DNA of 63,958 nucleotides, the filler included, from Folioceros fuciformis (lineage: Eukaryota), in assembly GCA_049999805.1 (NCBI GenBank). It is 26 parts of 26 records of this genome, joined end to end, with 100 filler letters (N's around TTAATTAATTAA, not from the genome) between each part and the next. Parts side by side here need not be neighbours in the genome. Positions count along the whole stretch, not along the records: positions 21,581 to 26,938 come from JBNGIO010000179.1; positions 27,039 to 29,174 come from JBNGIO010000180.1; positions 29,275 to 33,432 come from JBNGIO010000181.1; positions 33,533 to 35,324 come from JBNGIO010000182.1; positions 35,425 to 38,403 come from JBNGIO010000183.1; 21 more parts are not named here. One strand, written 5' to 3'. Below, one piece after another: positions 25,201-37,377 of this stretch. The translations under genes and the position numbers were made by a program. The notes below the pieces were generated by a model. The model made no database searches and was not told the DNA's origin. It saw only the letters and a list, made by a program, of their open reading frames with translations. Numbering within the stretch: the stretch's first letter is position 1; every line of letters starts with the position of its first letter.

Positions 25201-26112
25201 TTTATTAGGGTTAGGGTTTGTGGTTCAGCATCCATCCTCCACATGCAAGGTTCACAACGGACCTTGTCGTTCACCGTTCTATCTTGTGTGCACCCATATG
25301 TCTCGCCTCCACACGCCTAATCGGCCTTTTGTGTGCAAAGCTATTTCATAGCCCATGACGGCATGGAAGGCTTGTCACGCGTGTAGGGCTCCTCCTCCTC
25401 CTCCTCCTTCCTGATGTCTTAGGCTCGTCACGCGTGTAGGGCTCCTCCTCCTCCTCCTTCCTGATGTCTTACTCCTAACTGATCACCCTTTCGATGCGAT
25501 ATACCCTCAACCCTACATGCCCGCGACGAACCCTAAACCCTTGATGATGTAAGGACGGTGGTGGTTTTTTCTTGTGTGTAACTTGTACTTCAAACATTTC
25601 GATGTCGTGCATGAATCCTAAAAAAAACCTTTTGTGTTCCCATCGGTCCACAACCTTGATGCATAGGGGAAAAGATAATAGGGTTTACCATATTGAGGTG
25701 GGCTTGGTGATGTGGCTGTGTACAATACGAGCATCTATACTAGATTCTGAGGTATATTCACACACTAAGTATATTTGAAAAAAAAACATGTGTGTCATGC
25801 CATGGGTATTCCATACCCTTTTTATCCAATTTTTATTCTATTTAATTATCGACATATATATCGCTATATACATGTATCGACCTATTTTATGTCTATCTTA
25901 CACGCACATTTACATCCCACTCGCACTGTCGACCAAATTCTATCGCTCACGGCTAAGCAAAATAAAGCAAAAAAAATAAAGCACAATATTTAGTCAGACT
26001 ATATGTGTGAGTGAGGTGAACGGCATTGCATGGAAAGATTCCGCTCGGTGAGAGACAGTGGCGCGCTTGTGGTTTAAGCGGGGCTGCTGTGAGTTCCATA
26101 GCTGGGAAAAAA

Positions 26113-26938
26113 ATGGATCCGGAGACGGAGGCAAGGCTGGCCGCGCTGCTGATGGAGGAGGCGACGCGGTTGCGGCAACGGGCGGATAAGGAGGGGGTTG
26201 GGGCTTTCCTGGCGAAGCCTGTGACACGGGTGCGGCCCAACCCACAGTTTATGAGGGCCACAGTGCAGGGTGTGCAGCAAGGTGAAGACCGTGGGCTGAT
26301 CTTGTGCAGGGTTTGACGCTTGGACATTGGCTTGCTTGGGAGCTTGGAGCAATTGCTGGCCCGGCGTCGGGGCAGCGGAGTGTGTTTTCGGCTGGCATTT
26401 GTTGTGCTGGGAGTTGGGGGATGAAGTGTGGTGCGAGGGTTAGGGTAATGTGGAAGTCGGGGCATGGAGGGTTAGTGTGACTGGATCTTTGGATGTGTTG
26501 ATGTTTGCAGATGGGATGAGGTTAGGGTTGTTTTGGTGTGCATTGCTGTTGCTGTTGTTGCTGACATCGGTGGTCGGGCATGGTGACAGCTAACAGGGTT
26601 GTGGAAATCAACGAGATGTGGAGGAGGAGGTTTGTGGAAGTAGGCGATGGTCATAGCAAGCGGGGCCGGAGATCGGATAGGGCTTCGGTGCGGGAGCGGT
26701 TCCGGAGGGATGCAGAGTTGAGGGATGATGGACGAGAGTCCACTCGGGAGGATGACTCTCGATGGCAGAGCTCGTGTAGGGATTATGACTCCATGTCGGA
26801 GAAAGAAAGCCGTCGTGGTCGGAGTGTCAGATATGTTGACCATGAAGCTGCAGAGCAGTCTGGGGAAAGTGGAAGTGGAAGCGACGATGTGCGAGATGGT
26901 GGCGAGTGGAAAGACGACGATATCGACCAGTTTTTGAA
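26113..26938 (+). CDS. Conserved uncharacterised plant protein, 5' part (exon 1 26113-26281, exon 2 26590->26938)
   Basis: MDPETEARLAALLMEEATRLRQRADKEGVGAFLAKPVTRVRPNPQFMRATVQGVQQ joins across a GT..CAG intron (26282-26589) to ANRVVEINEMW, then an Arg/Ser/Asp-rich region. It resembles a plant family I recall as MDLETENRIA..RPNSRFLTATVLGVQQxNRAVEvNEMW. Confidence 0.8.
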
Positions 26939-27038
26939 NNNNNNNNNNNNNNNNNNNNNNNNNNNNNNNNNNNNNNNNNNNNTTAATTAATTAANNNNNN
27001 NNNNNNNNNNNNNNNNNNNNNNNNNNNNNNNNNNNNNN

Positions 27039-28121
27039 AAGGATTGCCCAAGTTCAAGTATGCTGATCTTGGTCATGTGTGTTCTACATGTCAATTTGGA
27101 AAACAGTCCAGGTTTTCATTTGTGCGACATGTGCAGAACAGCTCGAGACCTTTGCAATTGATACACTCTGATTATGGGGTCCTTCACAGAGTGCATCATT
27201 TGGAGGAGCCCACTATTATGCCTCCTTCATTGATGATTTCAGCAGGTACAAGTGGCTGTACATACTGAAGCATAAGGATGAAGTGTTCGAGTCTTTCAAG
27301 GACTTCAAAAAGCATGCTGAAAATGAATTCAGTTGCTCCATCTCTTGTCTAAGATCAGATGGAGGGGGAGAATGTCTCAAATGAGTTTGACAGGTATCTT
27401 GCAAATCATGGTATATGAAGTCAGCTGACTTGCAGATACACACCACAGCAGAATGGTGTTGCAGAGAGGAAGAAGAGGGTAGTCATGGAAACAGCAAGGG
27501 CAATGCTGAATGAGAAGTGCTTACCTAATGATTATTGGGCAGAAGCAGTGATGACAGTAGTGTATGTACTGAATCGAACTCCTACGGCAGGAATTCATGA
27601 TGCTACACCAATTGAGAGACTGTATGGCTATAAGCCGGATATTAGGCACTTGAAAGTGTTTGGGTGCATTGCATATGTGCAAGTACCTGATGAGAAGCGT
27701 AGGAAGCTGGATCCTAAAGTAGTGAAGAGTGTTTTTCTGGGGTATGCACGAAATAGGAAGGCATATAAGTGTTATGTGCCATCCACACATGAGATCCTAA
27801 TAAGCAGGGATGTGGTATTTGATGAGTTAGCCTCCTGGTATAGCAACTCAGTTGCACTACCCCATGACGCATCCATAGGGGAGAGTACTGTTAAGAGTAC
27901 TCCAGCAAAGAGTGAGGATGTGACCAATGGTATATCACCAACGGTGAATCCATGGTCTGGAAGACTGCGGAATGGTAAACCCAAGACCACTGACCCAGAC
28001 ATGTTAGTGAGGGGGAGAGTAGAAAGCAGCAAAACTGGAAATGAGGGATATGAATCCTTAAGTAGTGAGAGCATTGACAGTGAGTTTGGCATTCCGTCTG
28101 TGGAAACGCTAGGTGCTAAGG
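27039..28121 (+). mobile_element. pol: Ty1/copia integrase, frameshifted
   Basis: CSTCQFGKQ, LIHSD, RSDGGGE, TPQQNGVAERK, YWAEAV, HLKVFGC, SRDVVFDE; cut at 28122. Confidence 0.92.
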
Positions 28122-29174
28122 TGTTGGCAAGCGGGCATGGTATCCCTACCAGGCACCCGCTCACATGTATCGTGGCCACATCAATCCCACGGTCATTGTA
28201 GGTTTCCCTGGAATCGCTCCCCTCTGAGCCTGGTCAGCTATGTCTATCGCTCCCCTACACTAGTCAACTCTCCCAACCACGTACCTAGCAATCTGGCCAC
28301 ACGTCCCATCAATAGGTAGGCACCATTCCTTCACTTGGAAGGGCCCCAGTACCTCCCCTACCGATTTCTACCTCCCTACACTCGATACCTTTTCCTCATA
28401 AGGCTCCCTACAACACCTTTCTCTACCCACAATCTAGCTGCTCGTATCCCTACACCCAGCAACCAACGAGTTTCCTCCGAGCCTACTCCGCTCCCTCCAG
28501 CTCTGTGTATCGTTCGCCTACGACATTCAACCTTTCCCAGCGCGTACCTTCAACACGTCCAGTCAGTAGGAAAGCACAATTCCTTCACTTAGAAGGGCCT
28601 TAATACCTCCCCTACCAACTTCCAACTACCTACACCTAGCACCTTTCCCCACAAGTCTCCTCACAACACCTTCTACACGATCCAACTCCACGTTTCCCTA
28701 TGTTCAAGACTCCCAACCAGACATCACAAGAACCTTTGCGATCGGCAACAGAAAGGGCACTCGCAGCTCCCCCTTCCGCCAGGATGTCCACGCAGGCTTA
28801 CGAAAATTGGTTCTCTATTCGTCACGAAACACTTACAATCAAAAGAACGGGGGCTTGGCTCAAGTTCTTCGTTCTACTTATATAGGATGGCAGACGGCTT
28901 CCTACCTACCACTAGCCGCGGCCAGCTTTAACTACGCACACCTACCAAGAGGCTAAGACCTACCAATAGTTGCTAAGGCAGTGCGCGCCGATGAAGATTA
29001 GGACTGTCGGTGCCGCCATAGAAGATTCGTTGATCCCCTTTTTCAAAAAGGTATGGCTAGGATGGCTCTTGAAGGGAGGCAGAGTCTGAAGGTCGAGCCA
29101 CTGGGCCCCCCTCCATTATTGGGATTCGTCTTCTTTTGGATCCACAAGCTTCCACCGTACCTTCCTCTGTGTGG
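28122..29174 (-). mobile_element. LTR family E, U5 end, inserted into copia
   Basis: Terminus TGTTGGCAAG on + (..TTGCCAACA-3' on -). Bases 28950-29174 match 35425-35630, and it carries the U5 motif shared with families A and C. Confidence 0.7.
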
Positions 29175-29274
29175 NNNNNNNNNNNNNNNNNNNNNNNNNN
29201 NNNNNNNNNNNNNNNNNNTTAATTAATTAANNNNNNNNNNNNNNNNNNNNNNNNNNNNNNNNNNNNNNNNNNNN

Positions 29275-32140
29275 CTCCTTATGATCAGGTCTGCTTAAGG
29301 CCTCCTCATATGATTGAGGCTCGATGGGATCAAAAGATGGAGTGTCAGCATGGACAGCGACATGAGAAGAAGCAGTCCTGAAGTCCGGAGCTTGGTAAAA
29401 ATCAGGAGGCTGCCTATGGCGAGTAGGATAACGCCGAGGCTCTGCAACGGGCTCATTAGGCTGATCTGCAGCTGGGTCAGGGGCTGCATCATGGTTATCT
29501 AAATCAGCAGGTAAGTTTGCAAGGTCAATTAGATCAGGAGCAGGTTGTGCAGGAGGATATTGGTCCTGTATGCCCTGCTGCTGCTGATGTTTTGGTTCAT
29601 TGACAGGTGCAGGTTCTGCCACCGCAAGGTCATCAACATCAACAACTTCAAAATCAGCGACTGGATCTTCCCCTCCTGCAGGAGCAATGTCCTCCAAGGG
29701 GACAACCTGTGTTCCATGTTCAGACTGATCGAATGAAACATCATCATCAAGGGAAGCAACACCAACATCTTGGGAAGCTCCCACTGAAACCCAAGTGCGG
29801 CCTTCATCAAAGGTAACACTTCTGGCGTAAACAACTTTGTTTTTGGGAACATCATACAGTTTGTAGGCTTTAATGCCCTCTGTATAGCCTAGCATTAATA
29901 GCTTTTTGGCTTTGTCTTGCAGCTTCTTCCTCTTTTTCTTAGGTATAAAGGCATATGCAACACAGCCAAATGTGCGCAGATGGAGAATAGAAGGCTTGCG
30001 CCCTGTGAAAGCTTCAAAAGGAGTCTGGCCTTCAACAGAAGAAGTAGGCAACCTATTCTTCAGGTAAGTTGCAGTCATTAAAGCTTCTGCCCAGTATGGC
30101 AATGGTAACTGTGCTTGATGTAATAATGACGATGTCATCTCTTGCAGGCTTAGGTTTTCACGTTCAGCAACACCATTTTGTTGAGGTGTATACACCACTG
30201 TCAGCTGGCATCCTATTCCCTCAGATGCACAGTAAGATTGGAATTCATCAGAAATGAACTCTCCCCCATTATCTGATCTCAAGATTTTGAGTTGCCTTCC
30301 AGTCCATCTTTCAGCATATTTGATATAATGTCTGAAGTGACTGAAACACTCACTCTTCTGTTTAACAATGTAGGTTGTAACAAACCTGGTTTTATCATCA
30401 GTGAAGGTCAGGAAGTATTTTCCCCCTCCTATTGACGGCTGGGAAAGAGGACCACACAAATCTGTATGTACAAGCTCAAGAACTTCAGAGGCTCTATGTG
30501 GGGCCTTGTTCTTAAAGGCTGCCTGATGTCTCTTTGAAAGAACACAAGACTCACACAATGGGAGTGATGCCAACTGCCCTATAGGACCATCCTGGTAAAG
30601 ATTGCTTACAGCAAGCTTCTGAAGTTTTGCTGAATGTGGATGACCTAATCTCCTATGCCATAACATAGATTTTTCTATCTGTTTTGCAGATACAGCAGTT
30701 GCATCTTGTGTCAAATATGATGCTGGTACACTTCTGTTTGTGTGGAGACGAAACAAGTCTCTATCTGAGGACCCATAGGCAAGTATTCTGCTATGATTAA
30801 AAGCATCTAGTACTTGACATTCTGTTTGTGTGAACAAAATGTGACAGTGGTTGTCTGAATTCAACTTCCTAACTGAAATTAGGTTACGTGTCATGTCAGG
30901 AACAAAGTAAACATCATGCAGTGTTAACACATGTCCTGATGGAACTGGCAGGTCTATTGAGCCGCGACCTGGAGACACTAGGGATCTATCATCACCTAGG
31001 TATACATACTGATCATTGTAAATTTTGTATGTTTGAAATGAACCTCTGTCAAAGCAAATGTGGGCTGTTGCCCCTGTGTCTAGATACCAATCTAACACAG
31101 GCTTACTCTTGGTATTTGCTGACAGGCTGGCTGGATACAAGAAAGAACTTGTTGCAAAAATTGTAGTACCGACTGTAAGAGCTGAGGGTGTTGGCTGTTT
31201 CTTCACAACCACATGAGTTTCAGCGCTGGTCGAACCCTCCTTGCGAGGAACACCAGCCTGCTTTTTCCTACACTCACGCTCCCAGTGATCAGGTAATTTA
31301 CACCAATTGCAGTTTCCTGTTCTTTTTGGCTTCTTCTGGTTGGTTCCTCGTGCTTGAGAACCACCACCTCTTGAGGTACTACCACCACCCTTGTTAAAGG
31401 GTCTTCCTCCTCCACGTTCTCTATTTGATGTGAAGAGGGCTTGCTGCTTACCAGATCGTCTACCATGTGATCTGCTTGCTTCTTCTTGTAATAAGGCTCC
31501 CACTAACTCAGCAAAGCTTGTCTCTGGCAGGGTAACACCTGAAGCCTTTGCTAGTTTTCAGTATGGAGCTTGGAAGCATTAAAAGATGTCACAAAGTGTG
31601 ACCAGGAATTTGGTAAGGATATCAGGAAATATAATATAAGCATGTCATCCTTTATAATACATTTGAAGCACTCTCTAGCTTGGACACAAGTGTTCTGAAG
31701 TATCCAAGGTGTTTTTCAATTGAGTCTCCTTCTCTCATTTTACATAGTTGCAAATTTCTCATTGCTGTCATCTGACTTGTCTGATTGCTGCCTGAATACA
31801 GGTCTTGAAGTCTCGTCCAGATTTCTGCTGAGGTTATGCATCCTGAAGTCTGTCTTAGCATTTCAGAGGTAAGACCACTTCTGATTAGAAACATGGCGGC
31901 TTCATCCTTTGAGTCCCATGCTTCTTGTGCTCTTCTCTCAGCATTAGTAGGTTGTGCTAGATTTGCAGGTGCCGCTGGGGCTGGTTCATCCCCATTGACC
32001 ACCTTCCACAACTTCCTGTTTTGTAGGGCCCCTTTCATTCGGATTACCCATATGTCGTAATCCTGCCCTCCAAACCTATCTTTTTCTTTGAACCCTTCCC
32101 CACCTAGACTAGTAGAGGGGTCTGGTGCTGTGGTTGCCAT
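29275..32140 (-). mobile_element. gag-pol: Ty1/copia gag-pol (gag, CCHC, protease, integrase), with lesions near 31557-31654
   Basis: ATG at 32140; FGGQDYDIWVIRMKGAL, CNWCKLPDHWEREC, WYLDTGATAH, WHRRLGH, VHTDLCGP, RSDNGGEF, PQQNGVAER. Confidence 0.95.
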
Positions 32141-32253
32141 TTTTCCTCTTTTGTATGTTGGGTTAGCTACTCCCAATATACTAAGATTCTATAATGGCTG
32201 TTGCAGGGGTTCAACCTTTGAGACTTCAATTAAATGCTATCAGGTCAGCAGAG

Positions 32254-32982
32254 TCAGAGTATGTTTACAGCATTAGCAGGTCTGATAGCAAACTCTTGTT
32301 CTCTAACTCTGTTTGCTACTCTTTGGTTTCTAATCTCCCACTTATTGAATGCATACACTAAGCAGGAAGGGCAAGAGTTTGGGACACCAAACATATGCTT
32401 CTTACTTGTTTTCTTAGCGTGTTTACAAGCTACTCCCCTGTGTGCTGGGTTAGCAAGTAATTGTGGCTTTAACAAGGTAAGAAGTTTAAAGTCCAAATGC
32501 CCTATATGTTCTTGCAAGTCTCTTACATCTATACTAGTTGCAGAGACTTGACTCAGAATACTGCTGAAACGTGTATCTATGTGCTCTTGATGTGCCTCAA
32601 TTCTATTGACTAATTGAGTGACACTTGTGGCAGATGCAACGTGTGTTGTTAGAAAGCCTCTATGATGACCATTTCCATCAAAAGCTCTCTGTACGCGCAA
32701 TTCTGGGAGATTATCAGGGTTACGAGGTGGAAGGGCTATAATCAAGTGGTGCTAGTCAGGGAATATCACTTCAATTAAGGTATTGTAGGATTCCCTTACT
32801 TCCAACGCAAGCACTGGCTGATGCTGATTCCTTGCAATCCATTCAGCCACATGTTGATTAAGTTGATCAACAATGATGTTCCTTGCAGCTTGCGCACCTT
32901 GCCCCCTGCGGCGATTTTGATGCTGTGGAATTCGCTCAGCGGGGCGGGGATGCCATTGATGTCCTTCCAACTGGTTGGCCAT
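32254..32982 (-). CDS. Extra ORF (ORF0, ~243 codons, one internal TAG at 32752-32754) upstream of copia gag
   Basis: ORFs 32752-32982 and 32254-32745 share a frame and lie between PBS and gag. The C-terminal half is conserved in a second copy at 50910-51221. Confidence 0.8.
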
Positions 32983-33330
32983 TCATAAGGCCAACATGTG
33001 TGTTGTTTTGTAATTTCTATTTATCATTGTATTGTATATAAAATCTTAACAATCTACCTGCAGATTAGGTAGTTGTCCTAGCGCACTTCCTCTGAAATTG
33101 CTAAGATAGCAATTCAGAAAATGTGCGCGAGGATCACTTCCTTAATTTTGCCAGGAATTGTTAAATGCCTATACAAGAAAACAACACAAAAAATGTATTC
33201 TTTTGAATTTTGCATTCTTGATCAAGAAAACATTTTCTTTCTTGAATCAAAACAACAAAATTATTTCTAAATGCATTTTCTTCAAATGCATTTTTCAATG
33301 TGCATTAATTAAAATGCAATCTGTATAATC

Positions 33331-33343
33331 TGCTCTGATACCA
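33331..33343 (-). promoter_or_regulatory. Primer binding site, tRNA-iMet (TGGTATCAGAGC)
   Basis: Minus strand ...AAATAACA|TGGTATCAGAGCA; the 5' LTR end occupies 33344-33432. Confidence 0.93.
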
Positions 33344-33823
33344 TGTTATTTTAAATGGGATTTATAGATTATTCAAATCAAATAAAATTGAATTACATTG
33401 TCTACATATTCAAGAATACACTGTTATCTTTCNNNNNNNNNNNNNNNNNNNNNNNNNNNNNNNNNNNNNNNNNNNNTTAATTAATTAANNNNNNNNNNNN
33501 NNNNNNNNNNNNNNNNNNNNNNNNNNNNNNNNAATAGTTTTATTACGTAATATATATATGTATAATTGTGCACATATGTTAGTATTTGCTAATATAATTT
33601 GCTACTACAATGAGAGTCTAGACACCTTGGTTTGGTCCAATCTTTGGCACACTCTCTTCTTGCAGTTGTGACGGGCCACTTTGACAACTTTATTATTCAT
33701 CTTGCCCATTGATCAATTAGAGGCCAATGCATTGCTATGCACGACGTAGTGTGTGACTGTCATTGTTTCGTAGGCCAAGGAGACTGGTTTTCTTCCTTCA
33801 GGGAATGTCCATACACTCTAGGT

Positions 33824-34001
33824 AATAGTGTTTCTCTTTAAATTAACCTTAATAGTGTTTCTCTTCAAATTAACCTTAATAGTGTTTCTCTTCAAATTAA
33901 CCTTAATAGTGTTTCTCTTTAAATTAACCTTAATAGTGTTTCTCTTTAAATTAACCTTAATAGTGTTTCTCTTCAAATTAACCTTAATAGTGTTTCTCTT
34001 C
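33824..34001. repeat. 27-bp tandem repeat x6.6 (AATAGTGTTTCTCTTYAAATTAACCTT)
   Basis: Head-to-tail units; about two more units at 34571-34617. Confidence 0.95.
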
Positions 34002-34021
34002 ATGTTTGTCTAGCTTTGTCT

Positions 34022-34565
34022 AGCATGATTGTGTGTTGTCGCTTAGATGCATGCAAATAGTAATTAGCTAATAATTAAGTAATGCTAATGAATAGCATTA
34101 GTGATAATTAATAACTATTTAGTGAAGATGATTTGAAAATATAATATAATATAAAATCTACTAAATAGACACACAACTAGATGTGTGGATGTGCTTGCAA
34201 CAAGTAGCAGGGTGTTCGCTGCAGTTGTACCCTTATATTCTCTTACTTTCCGGGAATAGGCTTTCTCTTGAGAGAGCATTCTCTTGTTGGAAATCCGATT
34301 GAGGTGTATGAAATCATGTGACCTGGATTTAAGAGGCCAAGTTACAACTTTGAGAAGTGTGGATGCAAGTGGAGGAGATTTTGTGGTGTCTGAAGGAAGC
34401 AAACGCTTCACTCTTACAAGCTTACAGCTCTATCATACAGTGTTTAATGTGTGTGTAATGTGGTGTGTTGTCAGTATTGTTAACTAATGAACCATGTAGT
34501 GTGTTGTGAATATTATTAACTAATGAACCATGCAAGAGTGTGACGTTTAGCAGCACAACACGATA
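34022..34565. repeat. Repeat family D copy
   Basis: Homologous to 8530-9175 and 37480-38075. Confidence 0.7.
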
Positions 34566-35424
34566 TATTGACCTTAGTAGTGTTTCTCTTCATATTAACC
34601 TTAATAGTGTTTCTCTTACAACTTGGTGTCTCTTCCTTACAAAAAAGGGGGGGAGGCATCCTTCATCCTGCTCCAAGGTCCCTTCCCCTCATAACAGGGG
34701 GTGACACCTTATTACACACAATCAGGGGGTGCCTCACTTGAAATTTGAGCCTCGTCTCCATCAGCAGAAGCAGGGAAGCTCTTCCATGAACACTCTTCCA
34801 AGGTAGTTGAGTCAAAGAGAGCAGTTTCAGGCGATTTCTTCTCCACAAGAACTTTTTGGAATCTTCCTCGACGATCTCTCATCTGCACACAACTGTGGTA
34901 ACGGCTTCCTGCATTTGGAGCAGGCCGAGGCTTGGGATTGGCAGCAGGCACTCTCAACAAATGTGGGAATCCAGTGGGAGGCAGGTAGAGGATCACCAGG
35001 GCACTGCCTAGGAGGGGCGTTCTGCTGTTCAGAGGGGCGCGATCCCCTCCCCAGGGGCCGCACTCCTCCCAATTCCTTCTTCCTGCTGCAAGTATGCCGG
35101 GGTCCATTCTTCTCCAACTTCGGTGCCGTGCGACCGCGGGGCGTTCTAGCTGCACGTTTGGCGGTGCGCTAGGGGCGCACCCCTGCTGGTGGACGCGCGT
35201 CCCTTCGACGGACACGCGTGCCCCTTCCTGCACCAGATGTTACATTGGCCATGCCCAAGGACCTTTTTTGAGCAGGAGAGCGAGACAGGAGTGGAGAGCG
35301 CGAAGGAGCGGGATGGCGACGACGNNNNNNNNNNNNNNNNNNNNNNNNNNNNNNNNNNNNNNNNNNNNTTAATTAATTAANNNNNNNNNNNNNNNNNNNN
35401 NNNNNNNNNNNNNNNNNNNNNNNN

Positions 35425-36125
35425 GCTAAGTCCTACCAATAATTGCTAGGGCAGTGTGCGCCGATGAAGATTAGGACTGTCGGTGCCGTCATAGAAGATT
35501 TGTTGACCCCTTTTCAAAAAGGTGTGGCTAGCAGGGCTCCTGAAGGGAGGTTGAGCCACTAGGCCCCCCTCAATTATTGGGATTCGTCTTCTTTTGGATC
35601 CACGAACTTCCACCATACCTTCCTGTGTGTGGATCTCTTGGGATATCTCTTCACCACCACCTACAAGTTTGGTAGGGGAGGGATCCCCTTGTTCCTCAAC
35701 TTGAGCTCCTTCCCTACGTAGGATGAGGATGTCCCCTTTATAGGTAGGGTCCCTGTTGCTCCCTTCGTAGGTAGGTTCCCTACCATTCCCACCCGTTGTT
35801 GTAGGTAGACAGCCTACCCCATTGCCGTAGGTCGGGTGTCTACTGTATAAGTACCTTCCCTACCTACGTAGGTATCTTCCATTTTCCCACATAGGTACTC
35901 TCTCTACGTATGTAGATAGACATCCTACTATGTAGGTATCTTCTTATTCTAACCTACCAGAATAAGACTAAAAAACTCCATAAAAACCTTCACTAGCCGC
36001 TCACTACTTACCATGGGCACTTGCCCAGAAACCTACCTTCCACATGCCTCCCTTCGAACTATTCTGAACAAAAAGAAACCAAGTTAGACTTTCCTAGACC
36101 GATTACCAAACCTTTCTGTTCCACA
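35425..36125 (-). mobile_element. LTR family E, 5' (U3) end, inserted into a gypsy integrase
   Basis: Overlaps 28950-29174 in sequence. It ends GTTCCACA on + (5'-TGTGGAAC on -) exactly where integrase coding begins. Confidence 0.65.
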
Positions 36126-37183
36126 TTGTGCAAGCATGCACAAGCAAGTGTAGGAGATTGTTGCTAGGTGCGAATCATGTGATCGAATCAAGGCAAGATT
36201 CACGGCGAATGATGTGGTGCTTCATTCTCTACCTATAAGAGGATTGTTCTACAAGTGGGGAGTCGACTTGTTGCTGGAATTGCCAAGGATGTCGCGAGGA
36301 AATTGTCACATGATGCTGATGATTGAGTACTTCTCCAAATGGACAACAACTTATGGACAAGACACTCATTGATCATCGTCACACAAGCACGAATCATCTG
36401 CAAGCAGATGGTTTGGCTGAAAGGGGAGTGCAAACTGTCAAGCGTGCCCTATGGAAGTATTGCTTGCAAAATAACACGAAAGATTGGGATGAAATGGTGC
36501 CATACATGTTGCTTGGCTCTCGGGTAAGCACTCAAGCCACGCTTGCTAACTTTTCTCCGTATTTTCTATTGTTTGGAAGGCATCCACAATTGCCTAATGT
36601 GTAGCAAGCTGCTATGGAAAGACCAATATCATGGTAAGATGTGGATGGTTGCATGAGAGAGCTACAAAGACGGGCAATGTTGTTTCAGAATATAATGTTA
36701 ATGGCAATGGAAAATTTGGCCATGGCACATGATGGGGACAGACTGCGCTATGCTCATACAAAAGGAGGAAGTTGGAAGCTCTAAGTGCATCGATTTGAAC
36801 GTGGTGATTACATATACTTGGCTCAGCAACCTTCGAATACCCTTGATAGTAGTGCTGGAAGCACAATTCTACGGGTGGTTGTTGTTAAGAACACTAGGGT
36901 GGTGGAGCTGGATGGATCTAATGGATGAAGGTCGCAAGATCATTTGAAGAACCTAGCTCCTTATCATTTGCCAGATCTGGATCCAGAGCTACGACCTAGC
37001 ACTTGGATACCACCCAACGACTTAGAATGTTTCATTTGTGGTCGCATTGATGAAGAAGATGTCATGCTCTTGTGCGACCATTGCAATCAAGGGTATCAGT
37101 TGTTTTGTCTACAACCAACCTTGGAAGAAGTATTGCAAGAAGATTGGTTTTACCTACACTATGCGAAGTTGCTAAAGCCATGA
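36126..37183 (+). pseudogene. Ty3/gypsy integrase with C-terminal PHD finger, frameshifted
   Basis: RCESCDR (zinc-binding), LPIRGLFYKWGVDL, QADGLAERGVQTVKRAL, SPYFLLFGRHP, then CFICGRIDEEDVMLLCDHCNQGYQLFCLQPTLEEVLQEDWFY. Purine tracts follow at 37325-37366. Confidence 0.85.
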
Positions 37184-37377
37184 GCCAACAACCTAATCTT
37201 CATTAACATGTGATACAAGTTGATGGATGATTGATGTTGTGTTCAAGAGTTATATGTATATTTGAATTCTTAGTATGTTGTAATAGTGCTAGAGCATATA
37301 TGTGCTAGTAGAGTACTAACCAGTAGGGGAGAGGTGCTGACAGAGTACTAACCAGAAGGGGGGGATAGACGTGCAGC

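Noticed and set aside
33818-34013. ORFs with (KRNTIKVNL)n / (FLFKLTLIV)n
   Set aside because: By-products of a 27-bp tandem repeat.
34663-35324. GC-rich ORFs, including the 173-aa ORF at 34712-35233
   Set aside because: No recognisable domain, several competing frames and truncation by the contig end; cannot be supported as a gene.
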